DNA of 44,697 nt from a virus (taxonomy: Duplodnaviria > Caudoviricetes), in IMG/VR virus record IMGVR_UViG_3300038675_000499, positions 1-44,697 of that record; one strand, given 5' to 3'. The notes under the pieces were generated by a model. It was not told the DNA's origin. It saw nothing but the letters and a program-made list of their open reading frames with translations, and did not search any database. The first letter of the stretch is position 1. The number at the start of each line of letters is the position of its first letter. The position numbers and the translations under genes are program-made. This document shows, in pieces, positions 34,900 to 43,624 of this stretch.

Positions 34900-35379
34900 T
34901 TATTTCCCCTGCTCCATGATCTCCAGCACGTCCCCTTCCAGGCTGACCTTCGCCTTCACCCACCCGGTCACGGTCCCGCCGAACGCATTCTTGCCGCGAA
35001 AAGTGGTCTTCACGACCAGGTGGTCCTTCATGTCCCAGTAGCCGGTATCGACGTGCTTGAAGCTGTCGGGGTCGTTCATCGACGCCCGGATTATGGAATT
35101 CAGGGCAGGCAATGATCCGTCCCAGGCACTGAAGAGGCCCTTGATTTTCTCCTCATGCGTCTGGATCTTCGACTCCGCCTTTTTGGCGCTGCCGGCGTCG
35201 TCGCACATGGACGTGAGCATCAGAGGGACCACGAACAGCAGCGCCAGAGCGATAGCGACCCATGCGCACCCAGAGACCGCTTTCTTGGTTGACTCCTCCG
35301 CCTTGAAATCCTTCCCGCAGTACCGGCAGACGATCGCTTCGTCCTGAATCTCCTCGGCACAGTAGGGGCATTTTTTCAT
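34900..35379 (-). CDS. Zinc-ribbon plus TM membrane protein (lysogeny-side accessory gene)
   Basis: [22 protein letters not shown], one TM, then MNDPDSFKH...FRGKNAFGG. Confidence 0.8.
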   Translation of the reverse strand: MKKCPYCAEEIQDEAIVCRYCGKDFKAEESTKKAVSGCAWVAIALALLFVVPLMLTSMCDDAGSAKKAESKIQTHEEKIKGLFSAWDGSLPALNSIIRASMNDPDSFKHVDTGYWDMKDHLVVKTTFRGKNAFGGTVTGWVKAKVSLEGDVLEIMEQGK

Positions 35380-35559
35380 GGCGTCCACAGCCTCCTTAGT
35401 ATCTAGTAACTTGAAATAAAAGTATGTTGGGAGAAACAACCATGTTTGAAATGGAGGTCCCTGCTCATGTCTTGCCCTGTTGCGCCTGATGGCTTCCACT
35501 ATTATTTGTCGCGGAGGTCGGATCCGCGAATCAAGCGCTGTGTGCTCTGCGGTGAATGG

Positions 35560-36048
35560 CTAATTCCTGCGTCGCTTCGTCCGCTTTTCGTTCACGGAAT
35601 CGTTGTAGAACCGCATTTTGTCCCCAGGGAGGGGATCTGCATTCGGACTGAAGAGAAAATACTCCAGTTCCGTCGGTAGGTTCGCCCGGGCTGCCAGCGA
35701 CATCGCCTTCAAATTCTGCGTGATGCCCACTTTCCATGCCTCCTGGTCCGAATGCAGGATCATGGACAGCATTTTGTGAAGCGCCACGTGCTCGGGATTA
35801 CTGTCCTCGCAATACTCCGGCAGCGGCCGCGCGTCCACCCGCTGCACCCCTGCCAGCTCCGCATAGACATCATTGGGCGTGCAGCCGAGGGCTTTACACA
35901 CCGCGGCGAAAACGCGAAATTTGAAATCACCTCCACGCTCGAACCGGCTGATGGTATTCGGATCGAGTTTAGACACTTCGGCCAGCTTCCGGATAGTAAA
36001 TTTCTTGCGCTTCCTGCGCAGCTTGGTGGCTTCGCCGGGATGTTCCAT
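35560..36048 (-). CDS. CI-like XRE repressor
   Basis: KLRRKRKKFTIRKLAEVSKLDPNTISRFERGG...ALGC; divergent from the Cro-like gene; start uncertain (36048 or 36072). Confidence 0.8.
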   Translation of the reverse strand: MEHPGEATKLRRKRKKFTIRKLAEVSKLDPNTISRFERGGDFKFRVFAAVCKALGCTPNDVYAELAGVQRVDARPLPEYCEDSNPEHVALHKMLSMILHSDQEAWKVGITQNLKAMSLAARANLPTELEYFLFSPNADPLPGDKMRFYNDSVNEKRTKRRRN

Positions 36049-36143
36049 GTGTGAAGTATAAAAAATCCGCAAAATAATTAAACCGTAAACTGCATACCTG
36101 CAATTATTTAAATATTAGCGTATGCCTCAATGCAAGTTTTCTG

Positions 36144-36173
36144 TTGACAGAAATCTGGGCTGTATGCTTTGAT
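36144..36173 (+). promoter_or_regulatory. Early rightward promoter; cro mRNA possibly leaderless
   Basis: TTGACA at 36144, 18-bp spacer, TGn-TTTGAT at 36165-36173; ATG 7 nt downstream with no RBS. Confidence 0.5.
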
Positions 36174-36179
36174 GCAGAC

Positions 36180-36386
36180 ATGCTGAACACATTAAGAAAA
36201 GCCAGGGAGCAGCGGGATTTGACACAGAAGAAGCTGGCGGGGATCTCCGGTGTCGACAGCACCGTCATCTCCCGCATCGAGTCTGGTGTCATCGCCCGTC
36301 CAGCATGGGAGACCGTGGCCCGGTTATCCAGGGCGCTGCGCGTCCCCCCTGAAAAGCTTTTCCCAGTGAGCATAAAGACGGCGTAG
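36180..36386 (+). CDS. Cro-like XRE regulator
   Basis: LRKAREQRDLTQKKLAGISGVDSTVISRIESG...LSRALRV. Confidence 0.85.
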   Translation: MLNTLRKAREQRDLTQKKLAGISGVDSTVISRIESGVIARPAWETVARLSRALRVPPEKLFPVSIKTA

Positions 36387-36419
36387 TCCCCTTCACCCCA
36401 TTTTTTGGAGGACTGCACG

Positions 36420-36689
36420 ATGTTGAAAGCTGGTCGCATTGCCACGATCTCCTTCAAAGGGAGCGACAGCCTCGACGCCACGTTGAGAGTTGCGGCCGAG
36501 GAGCTGAACTTCAGGTCAAAGTCCGACCTCCTCAATGATGTCCTGACGGACTGGGTCGCGCAACTACATAGACAAGATAGACCTTTCTCCCGCCTCCAGC
36601 GGGCCGAGCGCACGCGGCAGATCGCCGCGGAGCTGGCGGAGCTCTGGCTCCACGGGCCCCAGGCGGTCGAGCGGAAGAGGAGCGCGTAG
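36420..36689 (+). CDS. Ribbon-helix-helix-like regulator in the CII position
   Basis: ATISFKGSDSL..TLRVAAEE...SKSDLL; ggagga RBS. Confidence 0.55.
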   Translation: MLKAGRIATISFKGSDSLDATLRVAAEELNFRSKSDLLNDVLTDWVAQLHRQDRPFSRLQRAERTRQIAAELAELWLHGPQAVERKRSA

Positions 36690-36691
36690 AA

Positions 36692-36817
36692 ATGATCTAC
36701 TGGCTCCCAAACAACCAGCCCATGCCACCACAACGCCACCGGGAGGCGATCTACCTCCTGGCGGCCACGGTCATCCTGGCCATCGAGGTGGCCTGGGTCT
36801 GGATGGTTCTGTCATGA
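36692..36817 (+). CDS. Small single-TM protein (41 aa)
   Basis: gaggag RBS; AIYLLAATVILAIEVAWVWMVL. Confidence 0.45.
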   Translation: MIYWLPNNQPMPPQRHREAIYLLAATVILAIEVAWVWMVLS

Positions 36818-37027
36818 ATTTGATCTTGCCGCATTGCCGGCGATATGCCACGCCGGCGGCAAGGGGGGAGGCAGGGCCCGAGCTCGCGCTCGACGCCCGG
36901 CGGATCGACCGCCCCTCCCCCGAGAGTTTCCCCGGCGCGCCACGGGGAGTAGTAACCGCCACCGGTCGGTTACCGGGATCCAGGCAAACAGGCGGCCGCG
37001 GGTGCGCGCGGCCCAAAAGGGGGAATC

Positions 37028-37180
37028 ATGCACGACGAAATGTATGCTGACCGCGAGACTCTGGCCCAGGCGTGGCAGATGCGGCGACTCCGCCGCCGTC
37101 TGATCCGCGGAGCCATCATCTGCGGCGCGCTCGCGATTGCTGTATTCGCTCTTGCGCAGCTCATGGGGGCGGTCCTGTGA
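37028..37180 (+). CDS. Small single-TM protein (50 aa)
   Basis: aagggg RBS; RRLRRRLIRGAIICGALAIAVFALAQL. Confidence 0.5.
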   Translation: MHDEMYADRETLAQAWQMRRLRRRLIRGAIICGALAIAVFALAQLMGAVL

Positions 37181-37341
37181 TCGACTACGCCACCTATCAG
37201 CCTGTCAATCGCGTGGACCTGGTGGCCTGGATCCGCCGGCGCGGCCTGGCCACCATCCTCCTCGGCATCGTGGCCTGGGCCGTCACCATGGTCACCGGGT
37301 ACTTCCTGATCGGGGTTCGGAAGGTCTCTGTCGAGCAGTAG
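37177..37341 (+). CDS. Small single-TM protein (54 aa)
   Basis: GTGA overlap; RRRGLATILLGIVAWAVTMVTGYFLIG. Confidence 0.5.
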   Translation: MIDYATYQPVNRVDLVAWIRRRGLATILLGIVAWAVTMVTGYFLIGVRKVSVEQ

Positions 37342-37381
37342 CAGTTTTCAAAACCAGCAACTCACACAAAGGAGAAGCCAA

Positions 37382-38029
37382 ATGGCTGCAACAAAGAAGG
37401 CGCAGGACGCAGGAATGGATTTACCGAAGCTGAACCTGAAGGAAACCGAGATCAGGATTGTCGGAGACACGCCCCTGATCGTGCATGCGTGGAGCCAGAA
37501 GGCGATCAAGGAAATGCTGGACAAGCAGATGAAACGTGCCAACGCTGGCAAAGAAGCCAAGAACCCCGATGCCGATTACGAGCAATCGCTCTACAAGCTG
37601 GAGGATGGAGCCTATGGGTTCCCTTCCGTTGGCTTCAAGTCGGCCGCCGTCACCGCCTGCACGAGCTTGGCCGGCATGACGAAGGTCGCCGCCAGGCAGG
37701 CGTTCCGCGTCACCGGGGAGATGGCGAAAATCAAGACCGTCTACAACGCCAAAGAGATGAGCGTCGACATGGTGCGCATCGAAGGCGAACCCGAGATGAG
37801 AGAGGACATGGTCCGGGTTGGAATGGGGACCGCGGACATCAGGTATCGCGGGCAGTTCTTCCCGTGGTGCGCCACTCTGCATGTGCTTTACAACGCCAAC
37901 GTGATGAGCGAGGGACAGATCACCAACCTGTTCAACACTGCTGGTTTTGCGGTGGGCGTCGGCGAGTGGCGGCCAGAGAAGGACGGCCAGTACGGCTGCT
38001 TCCACGTCGATACCAAGGCAAAAAACTGA
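37382..38029 (+). CDS. Stand-alone Cas7/RAMP-like RNA-binding protein
   Basis: RAMP-like motif order: EIRIVGDTPLIVH, GFPSVGFKSA, beta-hairpin VRVGMGTADIRYR, C-terminal Gly-rich loop GFAVGVGEWRPEKDGQYGCFHV; aaaggag RBS; abuts a repeat array. Confidence 0.7.
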   Translation: MAATKKAQDAGMDLPKLNLKETEIRIVGDTPLIVHAWSQKAIKEMLDKQMKRANAGKEAKNPDADYEQSLYKLEDGAYGFPSVGFKSAAVTACTSLAGMTKVAARQAFRVTGEMAKIKTVYNAKEMSVDMVRIEGEPEMREDMVRVGMGTADIRYRGQFFPWCATLHVLYNANVMSEGQITNLFNTAGFAVGVGEWRPEKDGQYGCFHVDTKAKN

Positions 38030-38043
38030 TGAGTATTGTTACC

Positions 38044-38386
38044 GGCAAGGCGGGGCCTGGCTTGGCTAGTTTGGGTCAGGCGTGGTTGGGCAGGCCAGGC
38101 CAGTCGCGGCATGTTCTGGATGGGTCAGTCCTGGCTAGGCAGTCTCGGCTTGGTGTGGTTGGGCAGGAAAGGCGAGGCGCGGCCGGGAGTGTCAAGGCCG
38201 TGCTTGGCACGGCTGGAGAGGCTGGTCTCGGCGCGGTTGGGCTTGTACGGGAAAGGCTGGGTATGGCAGGCGCGGCTGGTCCGGTTAAGGATAGGCGAGG
38301 AGAGGCTGGTTTTGTCGAGGCTTGGCAGGCGAGGCAAGGATGGGCCAGTCGTGGCCTGGCAGGGATGGGCAAGGCAGGCACGGTAT
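38044..38386 (+). repeat. Pentameric G(G/T)H-NN array, candidate guide ncRNA (not a canonical CRISPR)
   Basis: 63 pentamers plus 7 GGC(A/T) tetramers tile the 343 bp exactly; the triplet is near-constant and the dinucleotide is variable. Confidence 0.9.
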
Positions 38387-38416
38387 GAATCACCGCATCA
38401 CTGAAGGCGAGAAAGA

Positions 38417-39829
38417 ATGAGACCATCAAATAAATTGTACGGCGTCACCCACGACCCCGTCACCGGGGAGCCCAAGGTGGTCGAGCCCCGGACCACCAAG
38501 CTCGGCATCGGCCTCCCCAAGGGAAAGGCGGTCCACGCCTACATCGACGCGGAGGGGCGCTGGGTGATCCAGAGCGGGTTCGGCCGCGAAGTGAGCCGTG
38601 ACCGCCTGGACTCCAAAGAGGCGGCGCAGCGGAAGTACCGGGAGCTGTACCGGTCGGCCCCGGAGCGGAAATATCCCGAGCGCCTCCCCTACTTCACCTT
38701 CAGCCGGCTGTCCCCATCCGGGGAAATGGAACCGGACTGGGACGTGATCGCCGACCACGGCCCGATGCCGACCGAGATCGACATAATCTTCCTGGTGGAC
38801 GAGCCGTTCGAAGCGGCCTACCAGATGTGGACGGCCGCGGAGAAGAAGTGCTGGGGGGACGGGAAGGTAGCAATGCGGGTGAATTCCATGGCCAGCACCC
38901 CTGCGGAAAAGAAGCTGGCCGCGGAGGCGCAGGCGCGCGGGGAGAAGTATTTCCCCCTCGAGTCCTGCTGGTTGGCCGGCTGCTCATATTCGAAATCCAG
39001 CGGCGACAGGCCCAGCGCCTGCCGCCCCATGGGGTGGCTGAGGTTCCAGCTGGTCAAGAGCCCCCGCCTGGGCGGCAGCGCGACGTTCTCCACTTCGGGG
39101 TACCGCTCGATCAACCAGCTGTTTTCCACGATCGAGATCTTCAAACGGGTGACCGGGCGCGGCGATCCGGAGCGCGGGTACGTCGCCGGGATCCCGCTCA
39201 AGATGGTGCTGCGCCCCTACCGGATCCAGCACGGTGGCAAGACCGCCACCCAGTACGCGGTCAGCCTGGAGTTTAGGGCCGCCTCCGCCCTGGCGCTGAA
39301 GCAGGAAATGACCAGGGACGGGATGCAGTTCCGCCTGGCCGGCGGCGATCCGGTCCTGCAGCTCGAGGCGGGGGAGAACCCACAAGAAAAAGTTGTGAGT
39401 TCGCCCGCTACGGTCGCCGCGGAGTTCTACCCGGCGGCGGACCAGGATGACGGGACGGCGGCCGAGCCCCTCGAGGACCTCGAGCCCCCCGACGACCAGG
39501 ACCCCGTCGACGGTGAGCCCTCGGACGATGACGGGATCCCGCCCGGCATGGATCCCGCCCTGTACACCGACCCTCCCTGGGATCACCCGGAGCCGGGACC
39601 GCTCACACCGCCGGCATATGTCGGAGTCGACCCGGCCCGGGCGACCGAGCACGACATCCACAAATTCACCCACCTGTGTCGGCAGCGGGGGATCCCCGAC
39701 GACCAGGTGGCCGAGGCCCTGGGCCGCCATGGGTTCGAGCGGCACGACGAGATTACCGCCCCCGCCCTGCAGGACCTGATGCGGTGGGCGGCCAGCTGGA
39801 AGGGCGCTGGACAGAGGAGCCTGCTGTGA
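38417..39829 (+). CDS. Gp3-like (recombination directionality factor-like) protein with an acidic, Pro-rich C-terminal region
   Basis: LPYFTF...PTEIDIIF...AYQMW...CWGDG...CRPMGWLRFQL...STSGYRSINQL...GIPLKMVLRP. Confidence 0.65.
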   Translation: MRPSNKLYGVTHDPVTGEPKVVEPRTTKLGIGLPKGKAVHAYIDAEGRWVIQSGFGREVSRDRLDSKEAAQRKYRELYRSAPERKYPERLPYFTFSRLSPSGEMEPDWDVIADHGPMPTEIDIIFLVDEPFEAAYQMWTAAEKKCWGDGKVAMRVNSMASTPAEKKLAAEAQARGEKYFPLESCWLAGCSYSKSSGDRPSACRPMGWLRFQLVKSPRLGGSATFSTSGYRSINQLFSTIEIFKRVTGRGDPERGYVAGIPLKMVLRPYRIQHGGKTATQYAVSLEFRAASALALKQEMTRDGMQFRLAGGDPVLQLEAGENPQEKVVSSPATVAAEFYPAADQDDGTAAEPLEDLEPPDDQDPVDGEPSDDDGIPPGMDPALYTDPPWDHPEPGPLTPPAYVGVDPARATEHDIHKFTHLCRQRGIPDDQVAEALGRHGFERHDEITAPALQDLMRWAASWKGAGQRSLL

Positions 39830-40116
39830 GACGGAACTATATCGACGAGGGGCTCCAGGCCGCCCGGGAGATGCTCGAGGCGCGGGTCGCCTGCTGGTTC
39901 ATCTACGGGATCCGGTATGAGGGCCACATCGAGCCGTGGAGGTTGGCGATTCGGTCCCGCATGGCCACCGAGGAGCGCCCGGCGGAGGAGGTGTGCGGGG
40001 ACATGATCTGCAGCCGCAGGGACCTCCTCTCCATCCTCGAGATCAAGGCTGCGACTCTCGACGTCATCGAACAGAACGCACGGAATGGGGGAGCCAGTGG
40101 CGACAAATTGCAGTAA
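39826..40116 (+). CDS. Hypothetical protein
   Basis: gaggag RBS; GTGA overlap. Confidence 0.5.
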   Translation: MRRNYIDEGLQAAREMLEARVACWFIYGIRYEGHIEPWRLAIRSRMATEERPAEEVCGDMICSRRDLLSILEIKAATLDVIEQNARNGGASGDKLQ

Positions 40117-40339
40117 AACTCTGCAAAATGGCAGCGAAACGCTGCAGCGGCCGGACTCCGGAATCCGGACGGAGGGGATTTTCTGCTCCCCCTCCTGCCG
40201 CCACCTGGCCGGCGCCCGCTATGGCGGGTACCAGTGCACCGGGTTCGTCCGCCATCTCACCAGGGGGCCTCAGCTGAACCAGCCGTTCAGATGTGACGAG
40301 TGCCTCGACCTCGCCCACATCATCGGGAGGCGCCGATGA
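40085..40339 (+). CDS. Cys-rich hypothetical protein
   Basis: CSPSCRHL...C...RCDECL; stop overlaps the next start. Confidence 0.45.
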   Translation: MGEPVATNCSKTLQNGSETLQRPDSGIRTEGIFCSPSCRHLAGARYGGYQCTGFVRHLTRGPQLNQPFRCDECLDLAHIIGRRR

Positions 40340-40716
40340 GACTCGTCCTCCCCGACGTCCCGGTCGGCCTCAACGGCACCAAGGGCCTCCTGCGCATGGG
40401 CTGGCGGGCCCGCAGCCGGTACAACAAATACTGGCACCAGCTCGTGCGGGCCGCGGCCATCCCCACCGGCAAGCCGCCAAAGGGGAAGCAGATGGTGTTC
40501 GTATCCCAGCTGCGGCCGCGGCTGCTGGATCCGGACAACCTGGCCGCCAGCTGCAAGCCGATCCTGGACGCCCTCGTCGCCTGGAAACTGATCAAAGACG
40601 ACTCCGAGAAGTACATCGCCCTCCGCCCCGCCCAGAACAGGGGAAAAACCAAAACCACGGTCGTGGTGATCGAGCCCGCGGCCAACTACGAGATAGAGGA
40701 GCAGGATGCAAACTGA
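40336..40716 (+). CDS. RusA-like Holliday junction resolvase
   Basis: LDPDNLAASCKPILDALV...IKDD motif. Confidence 0.75.
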   Translation: MRLVLPDVPVGLNGTKGLLRMGWRARSRYNKYWHQLVRAAAIPTGKPPKGKQMVFVSQLRPRLLDPDNLAASCKPILDALVAWKLIKDDSEKYIALRPAQNRGKTKTTVVVIEPAANYEIEEQDAN

Positions 40717-42289
40717 GATACTCCAAGTCAACCTCCTGAGCCTGATGGAGGCGCCCTACAACCCCCGCCGGCGGTTCTCGGACGCTGGGATGGAAGAGCT
40801 GACCGCCAGCGTCGAGCGCCACGGCGTCCTCGTCCCCCTCCTGGTGCGCGCCGTCAGCCTCGCGGACTGTCCGGAGCGGGAGGGATACGGCTATTATGAG
40901 ATTATCGCCGGGGCGCGGCGCTTCCGGGCCGCCCAGGCTGCCATGCTCGAATCCGTCCCGGTCCGCGTGCTGGAGCTCTCCGACGACGAGGCGCTCGAGC
41001 TGGCCATTTTGGAGAACCTGACCCGCGAGGACGTCCACCCCATGGACGAGGCGGCTGGGTTCCAGGCGCTGCTGCAGCGGCCTGGGTACGACGTCGCCGC
41101 GGTTGCCGCCCGGGTGTCGAAATCCGAGAGCTACGTCTACCAGCGGCTGCAGCTGCTGAAGCTGATCCCGATCGCCCAGGAGGCGTTCCTGGCCGACCGC
41201 ATCCACGCCGGCCACGCCCTCCTGATCTCCCGGCTCCAGCCCAAGGACCAGGAGGAAGCCCTCGAGCGGGCCTACGATCGCTACGGGAACGAGCGCGTCC
41301 TGGTCGGGGTGCGGCAGCTGGCGGCCTGGATCCAGAGCAACATCTACCTGGACCTCCACTCCGCACCGTTCAAGAAGGACGACGAGACACTCCTCCCCGC
41401 GGCCGGGTCCTGTGTCGCCTGCCCGAAGCGCTCCGGCTACGCCCCCGCCCTGTTCGCCGACATCCACAAGGCGGACACCTGCACCGATCCCACCTGCTTT
41501 CAGGCGAAGATCCAGGCGCACATCAAGGTGACTCAGAGAAATGCGCGCGCCGCCGGCGAGGACCTCCTCATGGTCTCCACCACCTGGAGTCGGCCGTATA
41601 ACCAGAAGGCTAAAAAGGACGATCCAATCTACCGGACGTCCTGGAAGCCGGTGGAGAAAAAGAAGGACCGCTGCTCATTCACCCGGCAGGCCCTGGTGGT
41701 GGATGGGACCCACGACATCGGCCGGATCCTGCAGGTGTGCGCGGATCCTGCCTGCAAAAAGCACCACGGCAACAGCTCCACCAGGCAGCAGCGGGATCCG
41801 GAGGAGATCGCCAAAGAGAAGAAGGAGCAGGCGCGGCGGGAGCTCGAGATCAAGATCCGGACCGGGGTCATGGACGCAATCCTGGCCACGATACGGACCG
41901 ACTACTGCTCCCGGGAGGAGTGGGCGTTCATCCTGTCAGCTGTTGTCGATCTGATGAGCAACGACTCCGCCCGCATCCTCTGCCGGCGCCACGACTTGAA
42001 GCCTGGCGAGGATAACGACTATCCCAGATGGCGCACAATCGCGGCAAATTGGGTCAAGGGGATACCGACGATTGTCGAATTACGCAGCCTGGCCATGGAG
42101 ATCGCGCTACTGCCTCTCACCATGGTCGGATATCACGAGAGGTATGACGACCGTCCCGATCCTCTCCTCAAGGCCGCGGACATGTTCAGCGTGGACGTCC
42201 AGCACGTCGAGGATACGATCAAGATCGGAGCGGCCGTCCAGGCAAAACACGCGAAAGCCAAAACCACGAAAAAGAGGAAGGCGAAATGA
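40706..42289 (+). CDS. ParB/Spo0J-family protein
   Basis: NPRRRF...ELTASV...GVLVPLLVR...IIAGARRFRAA...ENLTREDV..MDEA; Cys-rich middle region. Confidence 0.9.
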   Translation: MQTEILQVNLLSLMEAPYNPRRRFSDAGMEELTASVERHGVLVPLLVRAVSLADCPEREGYGYYEIIAGARRFRAAQAAMLESVPVRVLELSDDEALELAILENLTREDVHPMDEAAGFQALLQRPGYDVAAVAARVSKSESYVYQRLQLLKLIPIAQEAFLADRIHAGHALLISRLQPKDQEEALERAYDRYGNERVLVGVRQLAAWIQSNIYLDLHSAPFKKDDETLLPAAGSCVACPKRSGYAPALFADIHKADTCTDPTCFQAKIQAHIKVTQRNARAAGEDLLMVSTTWSRPYNQKAKKDDPIYRTSWKPVEKKKDRCSFTRQALVVDGTHDIGRILQVCADPACKKHHGNSSTRQQRDPEEIAKEKKEQARRELEIKIRTGVMDAILATIRTDYCSREEWAFILSAVVDLMSNDSARILCRRHDLKPGEDNDYPRWRTIAANWVKGIPTIVELRSLAMEIALLPLTMVGYHERYDDRPDPLLKAADMFSVDVQHVEDTIKIGAAVQAKHAKAKTTKKRKAK

Positions 42290-42915
42290 ACGCCACGCAA
42301 ACGATCATGGATGCGATCCGAATCCTCCAGGACCAGCACTGCCGGCGGTGCCGGATCGGCCAGGCGCTGATCAACCTGAAGCCCCTCTTGGACGAGTCGC
42401 CTCCTCAGGAGGACAGGGACGCTCCCACCCCCGAGCCCGCTGTTCCAGCGGCACCGATCGCCACCAGGACGCGGCGGGCGGCCCGGGCTCGGAAGTCGGT
42501 CCGCAACCTGGCGGCCAGGAAACCCAAGGCGCCCAGGGCGTCCGCGACTCCCATCATCGACGAACTGGACCAGCACCTGACGAAGGTCTGCAATGTCTGC
42601 GGCAAAACCAAGCCACTCGCCGAGTTCCCGCGCATGCCCGAGTGCACCCTCGGAGTCGCCGGCCAATGCAAGGCGTGCATCGCCGCCAAGGCCCGGGCCC
42701 GCTACGAGGCGAAAAAGGCACCGGCGGCGGCCCCGTCACCAGCAAAAACCGGGCTCCGGAAGCCGGTCACCTCCGGCAATCGCATCGCCGACCTCCGCGG
42801 GATCGAGCTCCCGTTCACCTGCACCCCCTGCCGCGCGCGGTTCCGGACGCAGGCCCAGCTCGACGAGCACAACCGGGTGCACCACTCCGGTGAAATGGGG
42901 GAGGACGACGAATGA
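42286..42915 (+). CDS. Zinc-finger protein
   Basis: KVCNVCGKTKPLAEF...CKAC and a C2H2-like CTPC...F...L.EH...H. Confidence 0.65.
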   Translation: MNATQTIMDAIRILQDQHCRRCRIGQALINLKPLLDESPPQEDRDAPTPEPAVPAAPIATRTRRAARARKSVRNLAARKPKAPRASATPIIDELDQHLTKVCNVCGKTKPLAEFPRMPECTLGVAGQCKACIAAKARARYEAKKAPAAAPSPAKTGLRKPVTSGNRIADLRGIELPFTCTPCRARFRTQAQLDEHNRVHHSGEMGEDDE

Positions 42916-43000
42916 TCGGCACAATCGCCGCAGCTACGCCTTGGGCACTGATTGTCCTATTCGCCGTGCTGTGGATCGCGGATGAGGCGCGGAGGGGAAG

Positions 43001-43624
43001 ATGAAAGAACGACCGATTTTATTCAGCGCCCCGATGGTGCGGGCAATCCTCGACGGGACGAAAACGATGACGCGGAGGGTGATTAAGCCGCAGCCCGATT
43101 TGTCGATCCTCAAAGAGTCATACCGTGATTTAGAGTTTGAGTTTCGGAGAATGCCCGTATTGGGGCCAACTCACGTACCATCCGAATGGGGATTTTGCGC
43201 TAAATACGATAAACCAAACTGTGTTCCAATATATGGCTATAAGTGCCCCTACGGCACCATCGGGGACCGCCTCTGGGTGCGGGAGACGTGGAACGGCACT
43301 CAGGGCGAATGCATCGCTTACAGGGCCACGGACCCAACAATGGACGGGGAGCCATGGCGCCCCTCCATTTACATGCCCCGATGGGCCAGCCGAATCACCC
43401 TAGAAATCACCGACATCCGCGTGGAGCGGTTGCAGGACATCAGCGAGGAGGATGCGAGGGCTGAGGGGGTGGGCGTGCACGGAGGATGTAACGCCGACGA
43501 AACTGAGTACGGCGTCAATGCTCGCGGCCCATTCTCGCGCCTCTGGGATTCCATCAACGCCAAGCGCCACCCGTGGGCGTCGAATCCGTGGGTATGGGTG
43601 ATTGAGTTCGGGAGGGCGAAATGA
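43001..43624 (+). CDS. Conserved phage ASCH/PUA-like protein
   Basis: MKERPILFSAPMVRAILDGTKTMTRR...GDRLWVRET...WRPSIYMPRWASRITLEI...NPWVWVIEF. Confidence 0.85.
   Translation: MKERPILFSAPMVRAILDGTKTMTRRVIKPQPDLSILKESYRDLEFEFRRMPVLGPTHVPSEWGFCAKYDKPNCVPIYGYKCPYGTIGDRLWVRETWNGTQGECIAYRATDPTMDGEPWRPSIYMPRWASRITLEITDIRVERLQDISEEDARAEGVGVHGGCNADETEYGVNARGPFSRLWDSINAKRHPWASNPWVWVIEFGRAK

Noticed and set aside
36088-36096. 9-nt match of decoded S1 (TATGCAGTT) to the minus strand of the immunity region
   Set aside because: Too short to be significant; flanks do not match.
38044-38386. Canonical CRISPR array, simple microsatellite or G-quadruplex tract
   Set aside because: No 25-45-bp repeats with spacers; units are not identical copies, since variation is concentrated in two fixed positions; G-runs are mostly only 2-3 long and often replaced by GT.
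38036-38404. ORFs overlapping the pentamer array (37489-38388, 38036-38404, 38076-38429, 38125-38337)
   Set aside because: 5-nt periodicity does not fit codon structure; the G/A/W/R/L-rich translations are by-products of a stop-poor repeat.
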